Source: Opitutaceae bacterium (lineage in GTDB: Bacteria > Verrucomicrobiota > Verrucomicrobiia > Opitutales > Opitutaceae). From it: a stretch of DNA of 24,486 nt. The notes beneath the pieces were generated by a model. That model did no database searches. It worked only from the letters and a program-made list of their open reading frames with translations, and was not told the DNA's origin. The stretch covers positions 2,400-26,885 of the forward strand of contig PMSP01000232.1 of assembly GCA_003168315.1 (NCBI GenBank). Reading direction: 5' to 3'. Position numbers and translations under genes: made by a program. Below are positions 5,885 through 12,590 of this stretch, in pieces. The number at the start of each line of letters is the position of its first letter. The first letter of the stretch is position 1.

Positions 5885-6198
5885 GCACCACTTACCATGA
5901 AAAACACGAGGCACCATCGGAGGCCGCTCGACTTACGAGCTACAATAAAACTCAAGGTGATCGACTTCGGAGCGCGCGAACCGGGATAGGGTTGTGCATA
6001 TTCGTTTTGGCGCTTGTGGCCGCCGTTCCATTGGTGTCCCAGCGGCTTCGGGGACATCCCTGGATTTTGTGGCCTACGATCTTGTGCGCGATACTGTGTG
6101 CGGGGAACGTTCTAGTTTACGCCAGATATTCCGCGCGTTTAAGAAAATTAGCTTTATTGGATACTGCGCCTAACCAAACAAGGGATCCGACGCCATAG
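5821..6198 (+). CDS. Cassette 9: small two-helix membrane protein; start inside attC8, or frameshifted from ATG 5897
   Basis: Open frame with two hydrophobic helices; ATG 5897 is out of frame by one base at an A5 run; stop inside attC9. Confidence 0.55.
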   Translation: MTLLVRGTNRAIDNADPFNVRRTTYHEKHEAPSEAARLTSYNKTQGDRLRSARTGIGLCIFVLALVAAVPLVSQRLRGHPWILWPTILCAILCAGNVLVYARYSARLRKLALLDTAPNQTRDPTP

Positions 6199-6222
6199 GC
6201 GCGGATCAATTCAAGGCCAGGT
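6168..6222 (+). repeat. attC site 9, short (55 bp) with R' core changed to GCC
   Basis: GCCTAAC-CAAACAAGGGATCCGACGCCATAGGCGCGGATCAATTCAAG-GCCAGGT; ~41-bp apical part absent. Confidence 0.8.
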
Positions 6223-6230
6223 CAAAAAAC

Positions 6231-6665
6231 ATGACTCAACTGCTACGATTCCCTAGTTCGGTTAAGCGAGATCCAGCCATTGAGACTTGGATGAGGCGGC
6301 ATGCCGGTGAGTTGGGCGTAATCGCGGAGCATTGGTTTGGAGTCATGCGTAAATGTGGAGAGGATGTGCGAGAACTATTGCATGATGGTCATCCGACGGC
6401 GTGCATAGCTGACGCGGCATTTGCATACGTCAATGCCTTCAGGGCTCACGTGAATGTTGGGTTTTTTCGAGGTGCTGAGATTGCCGATCCAAAGGGCATG
6501 TTGGAGGGCACTGGTAAGTTTATGCGTCATGTGAAGCTGAGACCGGGAGGTGACTTCGATACTACGGCTCTAATGAAGCTCATCGATACCGCGTACATCG
6601 ACATGAAGAAACGCGTGCAGGTGGAGTCACGTCGAAAGCATGAGACTTGTTCTGAACACGCCTAG
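6231..6665 (+). CDS. DUF1801 protein (second, divergent member)
   Basis: AFAYVNAF..HVN.GFF.GA...DP.G.LEGTGK.MRHVKL pattern. Confidence 0.85.
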   Translation: MTQLLRFPSSVKRDPAIETWMRRHAGELGVIAEHWFGVMRKCGEDVRELLHDGHPTACIADAAFAYVNAFRAHVNVGFFRGAEIADPKGMLEGTGKFMRHVKLRPGGDFDTTALMKLIDTAYIDMKKRVQVESRRKHETCSEHA

Positions 6666-7161
6666 ACTCTCGCTGCGACATCTTACGCCTGAAGACTCGG
6701 CCTTCTTGGTGGAGCTCATGAACGAGCCGCCGTATATTGCTAACATTGGTGATCGGGGTGTTCGCACCGTTGCGGATGCGATGCAGTACATCGAGGAAAA
6801 GTATGCGGCGAGCTATGTCCGCAATGGATTTGGGTTGTATCTCGTGGAGTTGACGGAAGGGAACGCACCAATAGGAATTTGTGGTTTGGTTAAGCGCGAG
6901 TCGCTTGACCATCCTGATCTAGGTTTTGCATATTTGCGTCGGTTTTGGTCCAGGGGCTATGCGACGGAAGCCGCGAGGGCGACTCTCAATTATGCTCGGG
7001 AATCATTGATGCTGCCTCATATCTACGGTTTGGTGTCTCCGACGAATACTAGGTCGATTCGTTTGTTGGAGCATTTGGGATTGCGCTATGTGCGATCGTT
7101 AGCGCTGGCAGGGCAGCCATCGGAGAGCCACTTGTATGGGACAGAACTCAAGGCCGTCTAA
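6640..7161 (+). CDS. GNAT N-acetyltransferase, RimJ/RimL type
   Basis: LNTPRL.LR; IG.CGL; DLGFAYL..FWSRGYATEAA; N.RSIRLLE.LG; stop TAA inside R'' GTCTAAC. Confidence 0.9.
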   Translation: MRLVLNTPRLSLRHLTPEDSAFLVELMNEPPYIANIGDRGVRTVADAMQYIEEKYAASYVRNGFGLYLVELTEGNAPIGICGLVKRESLDHPDLGFAYLRRFWSRGYATEAARATLNYARESLMLPHIYGLVSPTNTRSIRLLEHLGLRYVRSLALAGQPSESHLYGTELKAV

Positions 7162-7237
7162 CCAATCGACGTACCCGGGGATGAAAGGCGGAGGGGAAGC
7201 GCCCCCTATTCGGGTAATCGAGGCACAATCGTTGCGG
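7156..7237 (+). repeat. attC site 10, different sequence family (~82 bp)
   Basis: GTCTAAC-CAATC start; inverted arms TCGA..TACCCG / CGGGTA.TCGA; R'-like GTTGCGG at 7231-7237. Confidence 0.7.
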
Positions 7238-7244
7238 CAACAGA

Positions 7245-7763
7245 ATGAAGCATAAAGTATCGTCCTGCGGGGCAGCAGACCTGCGGATCATCCTCGAGAT
7301 CATAAACGATTCAGCGCGCGCTTACAAAGGTGTGATTCCAGCCGACCGGTGGCATGATCCTTACATGCCGATGGAGGAACTCGTTTCTGAAATTGGCAAA
7401 GGCGTGAAGTTTTACGGCTATTACATGGGTGACCGCCTGGAAGGCGTGATGGGCATCCAAGACGTGAAGGACGTCACTTTGATACGGCATGCTTATGTGC
7501 GCACGGAATGCCGCGGCCAAGGCATCGGTGGCAAGCTGCTGGGCCATCTAAGTCAGCCTAGCGGTCGACCGGTATTAGTTGGCACGTGGAAAACAGCGAC
7601 CTGGGCGATCCGTTTCTACGAAAAGAATGGATTTGCTCTTTTGGGTGATAACGAGAAGAACCGGCTTCTGACGTCCTACTGGACTGTGCCGGAACGCCAG
7701 ATGGAGGAATCCGTCGTTCTAGCCGATCAGCGCTGGCGTAATCTTGCCAACCAGCTTCATTAG
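7245..7763 (+). CDS. GNAT N-acetyltransferase
   Basis: IRHAYVR...RGQGIGGKLL; WAIRFYEKNGF. Confidence 0.9.
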   Translation: MKHKVSSCGAADLRIILEIINDSARAYKGVIPADRWHDPYMPMEELVSEIGKGVKFYGYYMGDRLEGVMGIQDVKDVTLIRHAYVRTECRGQGIGGKLLGHLSQPSGRPVLVGTWKTATWAIRFYEKNGFALLGDNEKNRLLTSYWTVPERQMEESVVLADQRWRNLANQLH

Positions 7764-7793
7764 TGTGAACCATTGAGACCCTAGCGAAATTAT

Positions 7794-8024
7794 ATGGGAA
7801 ATGTCACAGTCAGGTTTATCTTGTCAGTAGCGGTGGCAGTTTTCTACATTTCCTACGTTTACCATGGTTTAAAGACTGGCCGCATCCGCAGGTATTTTGG
7901 CGGTTGGGTCACAAGCAATGAGGCGCCTTTTTCATTTTATTCATCGCTCATCGTCAGTGCCGCCCTTGCTTTTCTCGCCCTGTATTTTGCCATCAAGAGC
8001 GGCCGTATGTTGATCATAAAATGA
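7794..8024 (+). CDS. Small hypothetical two-helix membrane protein
   Basis: 76 aa; two hydrophobic helices; ..E.PFSFY pattern; followed by attC11. Confidence 0.65.
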   Translation: MGNVTVRFILSVAVAVFYISYVYHGLKTGRIRRYFGGWVTSNEAPFSFYSSLIVSAALAFLALYFAIKSGRMLIIK

Positions 8025-8028
8025 GACT

Positions 8029-8124
8029 GCATTGCCAATCCCCGGATCCGACGAATGAGTCAGGCATGTCTTCAGCGGCGCAGGAGCCGCGCCATCATTT
8101 CCGCGGAGCGTTTCAACGCTAAGC
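8029..8124 (+). repeat. attC site 11, full length (96 bp) but both cores degenerate
   Basis: GCATTGC-CAATC-CCCGGATCCGACG...GCCGCGCCATC...TTTCAAC-GCTAAGC. Confidence 0.8.
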
Positions 8125-8183
8125 AACATGCGAAGGGGACTCCCCAGCTATCAAGGCCTTCCCAGGTGCTACTTTGGTAACCC

Positions 8184-8543
8184 ATGAAACTGCTCTCCCC
8201 AAAGCCGCTGCTCCGAGCTGAGGGCCTCGCGGTGCTGGTCGCAGCGTGTTTTCTCTATCATGCGCTGCACGGGTCATGGCTGATCTTCGCGGCGCTTTTT
8301 CTGACGCCAGACCTTTTCATGCTGGGCTACTTGTTTGGCGCCCGGGTGGGCGCCTGCAGTTATAACCTCGTTCACACCTACACGGCGCCGCTGGCGCTAG
8401 GATTTGTGGCGTATTTTGCGCCAACGACATCGCTGTTCGCCTTCTGTGTTCTTTGGACCGCTCATATCGGGTTTGATCGGTTTCTTGGCTACGGCCTGAA
8501 GTACGAGACTGGATTCAAGGATACGCACCTTCAAAGGGTTTAG
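8184..8543 (+). CDS. DUF4260 family membrane protein
   Basis: LLRAEGLAVL; PDL.MLGYL.G..VGA..YN..HTY; W.AHIGFDR.LGYGLKY..GFKDTHL. Confidence 0.9.
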   Translation: MKLLSPKPLLRAEGLAVLVAACFLYHALHGSWLIFAALFLTPDLFMLGYLFGARVGACSYNLVHTYTAPLALGFVAYFAPTTSLFAFCVLWTAHIGFDRFLGYGLKYETGFKDTHLQRV

Positions 8544-8562
8544 TCCGACGCCTGGTCAGCAT

Positions 8563-8590
8563 GCGTTGCCAATCCTTGGATCCGGCGCTG
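8563..8590 (+). repeat. attC relic, 5' part only
   Basis: GCGTTGC-CAATC-CTTGGATCCGGCGCT resembles GCCGAAC-CAATC-GACGGATCCGGCGCT of attC1. Confidence 0.65.
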
Positions 8591-8606
8591 GCCCGGAGGA
8601 AACCCC

Positions 8607-9083
8607 ATGCTCAATCTGCTGTTCCCCAAGCGCGTCGATAACGCATATCGCGGAAACAGGCTCGCCCCCTGGATCTTCGCGCTGGTCGTGCTTCTGAAGG
8701 CCTATGTCAGTCTATATGCGGTCTTCAACGGTCCCTTCATGGCGAGCTCCGGCGACGGGATCCCGCTTGGCACATTCCCGTCCGCCGGCACTCAGGCGGT
8801 GGTTTCCCTCTTCGCGCTCTGGGGGCTCGGCCACCTGATGATCTGCCTGTTGGGTCTGATGGTGCTGGCTCGGTATCGCGCCCTGATTCCCGCGATGTTC
8901 GCGCTGTTCCTTCTGGAACACCTGGGCAGAAGGCTGGTTTTTCACTTCTTGCCCTTCGCGAAGGGAGGAGCCGGCGGGGAAAGCATAGGACTCTCCCCCT
9001 TTCCGTACGGGTTCATCCTGATGATTGTCGTTGGCCTGGTGCTCTCGCTGAGGAGCCGGGGCAGTCCTCGGGCCAAGGAGTGA
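8607..9083 (+). CDS. Hypothetical multi-pass membrane protein
   Basis: GGAGG upstream; four hydrophobic helices. Confidence 0.8.
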   Translation: MLNLLFPKRVDNAYRGNRLAPWIFALVVLLKAYVSLYAVFNGPFMASSGDGIPLGTFPSAGTQAVVSLFALWGLGHLMICLLGLMVLARYRALIPAMFALFLLEHLGRRLVFHFLPFAKGGAGGESIGLSPFPYGFILMIVVGLVLSLRSRGSPRAKE

Positions 9084-9129
9084 CCTGGCTGGTGCCGGGT
9101 CAGTTGGATCGGGCATGGACGAACATCTT

Positions 9130-9151
9130 GCCTAGCCAATCAACGGAGCCG
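9130..9151 (+). repeat. attC relic, 5' part only
   Basis: GCCTAGC-CAATC-AACGGAGCCG. Confidence 0.6.
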
Positions 9152-9320
9152 CACGTTTGAGCTCGGGGTCTGGGACGATGATTCGACCGAATTCGTGGTG
9201 GAGGAGCGTTTTAGCGGCCTGGTTTTCGCGATGGCCAAGGGCTCGTTGCCCGATTTCAGGCCGATATTCGAAAGCTACGCCACGGACCTGAAGGGGGAGG
9301 CCGAGCGCGCCCGGCTGTGA
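9150..9320 (+). pseudogene. C-terminal fragment of an SRPBCC-like protein
   Basis: Hand translation RTFELGVWDDDSTEFVVEERFSGLVFAMAKGSLPDFRPIFESYATDLKGEAERARL*; no start; fused to an attC half. Confidence 0.6.
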
Positions 9321-9335
9321 GCTCAGGGATTAAGG

Positions 9336-9377
9336 GGGCGCATCCAATGCCGGGCTCAGGCCGTTTCAACATCCGGC
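9336..9377 (+). repeat. attC relic, 3' part
   Basis: GGCGCATCC...GGGCTCA...TTTCAACATCCGGC; the last 14 nt match TTTCAACGTTCGGC at 12 positions. Confidence 0.5.
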
Positions 9378-9387
9378 CTCCTTTTTT
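9358..9387 (+). terminator. Possible intrinsic terminator
   Basis: AGGCCG-N10-CGGCCT followed by CC and T6. Confidence 0.4.
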
Positions 9388-9460
9388 CTCTTTGCGTGCT
9401 TTTTGCGCTTCGGATCACTATATCCGGATACTCAGCTCCAACCAAGAATCAGGAGGATTT

Positions 9461-9736
9461 ATGCCAAAATACCTAATCGAACGCGAAATCGCGGGAGCTG
9501 GTAAGCTCACGCCGGAACAGCTGCAGGGCATCTCCCAGAAGTCCTGCGGCGTCCTCGAGAAGCTCGGGCCGAAGATCCAATGGGTCGAGAGCTACCTGAC
9601 CGATGACAAGATCTACTGCGTCTACATCGCGCCGGACGAGGCGATGGTGCGGGAGCACGCGAGGCTGGGCGGCTTCCCGGCCAACCGGGTATCCGAGATA
9701 AAGCGGATGATCGATCCGACCACCGCGACAGCCTGA
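9461..9736 (+). CDS. DUF4242 protein
   Basis: AGGAGG 9451-9456; MPKYLIEREI.GAG.L; IQWVESY.T.DK.YCVYIAPDE...REHA..GGFPANRVSE. Confidence 0.9.
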   Translation: MPKYLIEREIAGAGKLTPEQLQGISQKSCGVLEKLGPKIQWVESYLTDDKIYCVYIAPDEAMVREHARLGGFPANRVSEIKRMIDPTTATA

Positions 9737-9775
9737 GCCTCCTTCCGGGCTGGAATGGGGTTTACGCATGGGGAT

Positions 9776-9870
9776 GCCGGCGGCCAGCCGCAACCGGTGC
9801 TTGCCTCGGGCAGTCTTAAGCGGTGCAGTTGTCGCCCTATCCTCAGCGCGCATCATATCCATTTCCGGGA
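9776..9870 (+). repeat. Highly degenerate full-length attC relic
   Basis: 9790-9812 matches attC1 at 18/23; TTGTCGCCCTATCCTCAGCGCGCATCATATC matches the restored attC1 3' arm at 23/31; same spacing. Confidence 0.7.
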
Positions 9871-9882
9871 GTCCCACGGCCG

Positions 9883-10233
9883 ATGAATCGACGCGAAACA
9901 TTCAGGGAGTATTTCCGGCGTGCAAGGCAGGATTCCTCCGTCCGGGCGCATCTGCTGGAGAACGCGCGCTATTCCCGCTCGGCCGTGGGCTGGGTCGTCG
10001 CCCTGTTCGGAATCCTGGCGTTCTGGCAGACGGGCTACCAATGGCTGCGCCACGACATTTTGATTTCCCGTTCATCCGTCTTTTACACCCTCTGCTTCGT
10101 CGTCAACTTTCTCATCTACGACAAGTTCGGGGACCGCATCGCCGTCCTGGAATCGATCGGCGACCTGGGGGACCCGCAGCCGGGGCCGGGCGAGCCTCCC
10201 GCGGGACGGGAGCCGCGCCTTCCCCCGGCCTGA
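9883..10233 (+). CDS. Hypothetical membrane protein
   Basis: ATG 9883 follows the relic; two hydrophobic helices. Confidence 0.7.
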   Translation: MNRRETFREYFRRARQDSSVRAHLLENARYSRSAVGWVVALFGILAFWQTGYQWLRHDILISRSSVFYTLCFVVNFLIYDKFGDRIAVLESIGDLGDPQPGPGEPPAGREPRLPPA

Positions 10234-10243
10234 CGGACCCTTG

Positions 10244-10354
10244 GCCTGGCGAATCCGTCCCAGCGAACCGGGTCGAGTGCCATCGCCTCCGGCGCCGAGA
10301 GCGCTTCTCCCGGGCCGGAAAACGCGCATTTCCTAGGGTATTCCAACGCCAGCC
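10244..10354 (+). repeat. Probable attC relic
   Basis: Begins GCCTGGC-GAATC, ends TTCCAAC-GCCAGCC; fills the intergenic gap; next ATG 4 nt later. Confidence 0.45.
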
Positions 10355-10357
10355 AGC

Positions 10358-10876
10358 ATGAAGCGCATCTACTGGATCCTGGCGCTGGGCGCCCTTGCCG
10401 CGCTTGCCTGCCATTATTTCCTGCGGGATCCCTGGCGCGTTGAGCAGGAGCGCCTAGGTGCCAGGCTGTCCCGGGAAATATCGTCCGCAACAGAGGTGGA
10501 GATCTACTCGATCGACCCCGACCGGGGCGGGGGCGTCATCGGGAAGGCGGGCGTGCTGCCCACGAATGACCCGTTTGGGCGCAGGACTATCGTCGGCCGG
10601 TCGCTTGTCGCTCTCCCGGCGGAAATCAGGAGCCTGTCCGACTCGATTCGGGACGGCCTCGACCATGCCTCGATGATGGGCCCGGAGTGCTGGGAGCCCC
10701 GCCATGCCCTCCGCTACAGGACGCCCTCCGGCGACACGTTCGTCGTCGTGAGCTTCCACTGCGCCCACGGCTTCGTCGAGCAGGGCACGGCGCTGGAGTG
10801 GTTTGATATCCCGAGGTCGGCGGAGGCCCCCTGGGACGCGATCCTCCGTTCCCATGCCCTTTCCGTCGCCAGGTGA
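10358..10876 (+). CDS. Hypothetical exported or membrane-anchored protein
   Basis: MKRIYWILALGALAALAC N-terminus; C.EPRHA..Y...F.C..G pattern. Confidence 0.75.
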   Translation: MKRIYWILALGALAALACHYFLRDPWRVEQERLGARLSREISSATEVEIYSIDPDRGGGVIGKAGVLPTNDPFGRRTIVGRSLVALPAEIRSLSDSIRDGLDHASMMGPECWEPRHALRYRTPSGDTFVVVSFHCAHGFVEQGTALEWFDIPRSAEAPWDAILRSHALSVAR

Positions 10877-11352
10877 TTGTCCCCATGATCCAGCCAGGGA
10901 TTAAGATCACAAGGGCGCTCCCGGGCGACGCTGCCGAGCTCTCGGCCATCGCCTACAGCGCGAAGGCCTACTGGGGTTATCCCGAGAGCTGGCTTCGCCA
11001 GTGGGACGAGACGCTGACGATCACGCCCGGCTATGTCCTCGGGAACCCGACCTTTGCCGCCGCCTCGGGAGCGCGCATTGCCGGCTTCTGCTCGCTCGTG
11101 CTGCGCCCGGGGGAGGCGTTCCTCGACCACCTGTGGGTCCTTCCGTCCGCCATGGGGGTCGGGATTGGGAGCGCGCTCTTCACATTTGCCGAGGGGGTCG
11201 CCCGGTCGGGAGGGGCGCAGACCCTCAGGGTCGAGAGCGATCCCCACGCTGAGGAGTTCTACATCCGCATGGGGGCCAGCCGGTATGGGCAGGTCGCGGC
11301 GCCGATGGAGGGGAGCGAGCGGTTCCTGCCGCTCCTTGAGAAGCGGCTTTGA
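10873..11352 (+). CDS. GNAT N-acetyltransferase (start may be ATG 10885)
   Basis: AKAYWGY; LDHLWVLP.AMG.GIG.ALF; SDPHAE.FY..MG. Confidence 0.9.
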   Translation: MIVPMIQPGIKITRALPGDAAELSAIAYSAKAYWGYPESWLRQWDETLTITPGYVLGNPTFAAASGARIAGFCSLVLRPGEAFLDHLWVLPSAMGVGIGSALFTFAEGVARSGGAQTLRVESDPHAEEFYIRMGASRYGQVAAPMEGSERFLPLLEKRL

Positions 11353-11431
11353 GCGTAGCAAGGAATCCGTCCCGAGCCATGGGCCTCGCCGCCGGGGAAC
11401 GCGCGGCCGCGAAAGCGTTCCAACCCTGAGC
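11353..11431 (+). repeat. Probable attC relic
   Basis: 3' end CCGCGAAAGCGTTCCAACCCTGAGC matches the end of attC11 at 20/25 with one gap; GCGTAGC right after the GNAT stop; ATG 4 nt after. Confidence 0.55.
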
Positions 11432-11434
11432 GCC

Positions 11435-11917
11435 ATGGAAACCCTCCTCCTGTCCACGCTTCCCCTCCTGTGCATCCTTGCCTCGCTCGCCTACGCGGCC
11501 GTCGTCGGGACGCGGGTCTACAGGGCGACCGGGTTCATCTCCGTCCTCGGCGTCGCGGCGGGCCTTCTGGGGGCATACGTGGGACGGTTCCTCGACCGCT
11601 TCATCCCGCTCCCGCGGGAAGTCGACGACTGGGTGAACTACCGCGGGCTGGTCGATTACCAAGTGAAGGCCACCGGCGAGCGCTACCTTGCCATCCTGTC
11701 GGTGGAGGCGGCGGTTCTCTTCCTCCTCGCCTCGGCTTTCACGTTCCTCGCGGTCAACATGATCCGCAGGGACGCCCTGGGCCAGTCGCGCGGCGACAAG
11801 GGGCCGAGCCGGTTTGCGGTCCTGGGCGGGCTGTTCATCCTCGCCTTATGCCTCACCTACCGCGGCAAGCTGGCCGCATGCCTCGCGTTCCTGCTGGCGA
11901 AGGCAGGCCTGCTGTAG
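11435..11917 (+). CDS. Hypothetical multi-pass membrane protein
   Basis: METLLLSTLPLL...; four hydrophobic helices. Confidence 0.75.
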   Translation: METLLLSTLPLLCILASLAYAAVVGTRVYRATGFISVLGVAAGLLGAYVGRFLDRFIPLPREVDDWVNYRGLVDYQVKATGERYLAILSVEAAVLFLLASAFTFLAVNMIRRDALGQSRGDKGPSRFAVLGGLFILALCLTYRGKLAACLAFLLAKAGLL

Positions 11918-11924
11918 GGGCTGC

Positions 11925-12590
11925 GTGAAGGCAATCCTCGCTGTTTTCGACAACGACGGGACCCTCTGCGACACGCAGGAGGTCGAGGGCGCTTGCTACG
12001 CGCGCGCGGTCGAGAGCGTCACCGGGAAGTTCCTCTCGTCTTTGGACTGGGGTTTGCACGCGGAGCCCACGAGTTCGGGCATTGCCCGCTCGCTTCTTGC
12101 CGGGGACTCGGACGCGGCGGGAAAGGAGGCGGCGATCGAGCGTGAATTCACGCGCCTCCTCGGGGAGGAGAGGGCGGCGTTCCCCGGCGACTTCTCGCCG
12201 GTCCGCGGGGCTGTCGCCTTCCTTGGGCGCCTGGCGGGTGAGGGGATCTGCCCGGTGGCGATTGCCACCGGTTGCTTTGCCGCGAGCGCGCGTTACAAGC
12301 TCGAGTGCTGCGGGATCGACCTCGGCGCGTACCCCCACGCGACGTCGAGCGACACGCCCCGGAGGTCGGACATCATCCGGCTGGCGGCATCGCGCGCCGG
12401 ATTCGACATCGGGTCGGTGGTGTATTTTGGCGACGCGCCCTGGGACGTTCGCGCGTGCGCGGCGCTCGGAATCCCGATGATCGGGATAGGGCGCCGTCAC
12501 GAGAGGCTGAGGGAGCTCGGGATCCGGCACGCCTTCCGCGACTACTCTGACCCGGACGCCATCATCGGCGCCCTTCGCGCCGGCGGCTAG
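11925..12590 (+). CDS. HAD-family hydrolase
   Basis: FDNDGTL motif I; AIATG motif II; YFGDAPWD motif IV; GTG 11925 inferred start. Confidence 0.9.
   Translation: MKAILAVFDNDGTLCDTQEVEGACYARAVESVTGKFLSSLDWGLHAEPTSSGIARSLLAGDSDAAGKEAAIEREFTRLLGEERAAFPGDFSPVRGAVAFLGRLAGEGICPVAIATGCFAASARYKLECCGIDLGAYPHATSSDTPRRSDIIRLAASRAGFDIGSVVYFGDAPWDVRACAALGIPMIGIGRRHERLRELGIRHAFRDYSDPDAIIGALRAGG

Noticed and set aside
7764-7793. attC between the GNAT gene and the 7794 ORF
   Set aside because: Only GTGAACCATTG faintly resembles an R'' start; 30 bp is too short and there is no R' or stem.
1-8124. CRISPR array interpretation of the repeats
   Set aside because: Repeats are ~96 bp, the spacers are 300-600 bp whole genes, the ends fit RYYYAAC/GTTRRRY-type attC boxes, and no cas gene is present.
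6640-11352. GNAT cassettes as antibiotic-resistance genes
   Set aside because: Only generic GNAT motifs are visible; I cannot assign them to any known aac family without a search.
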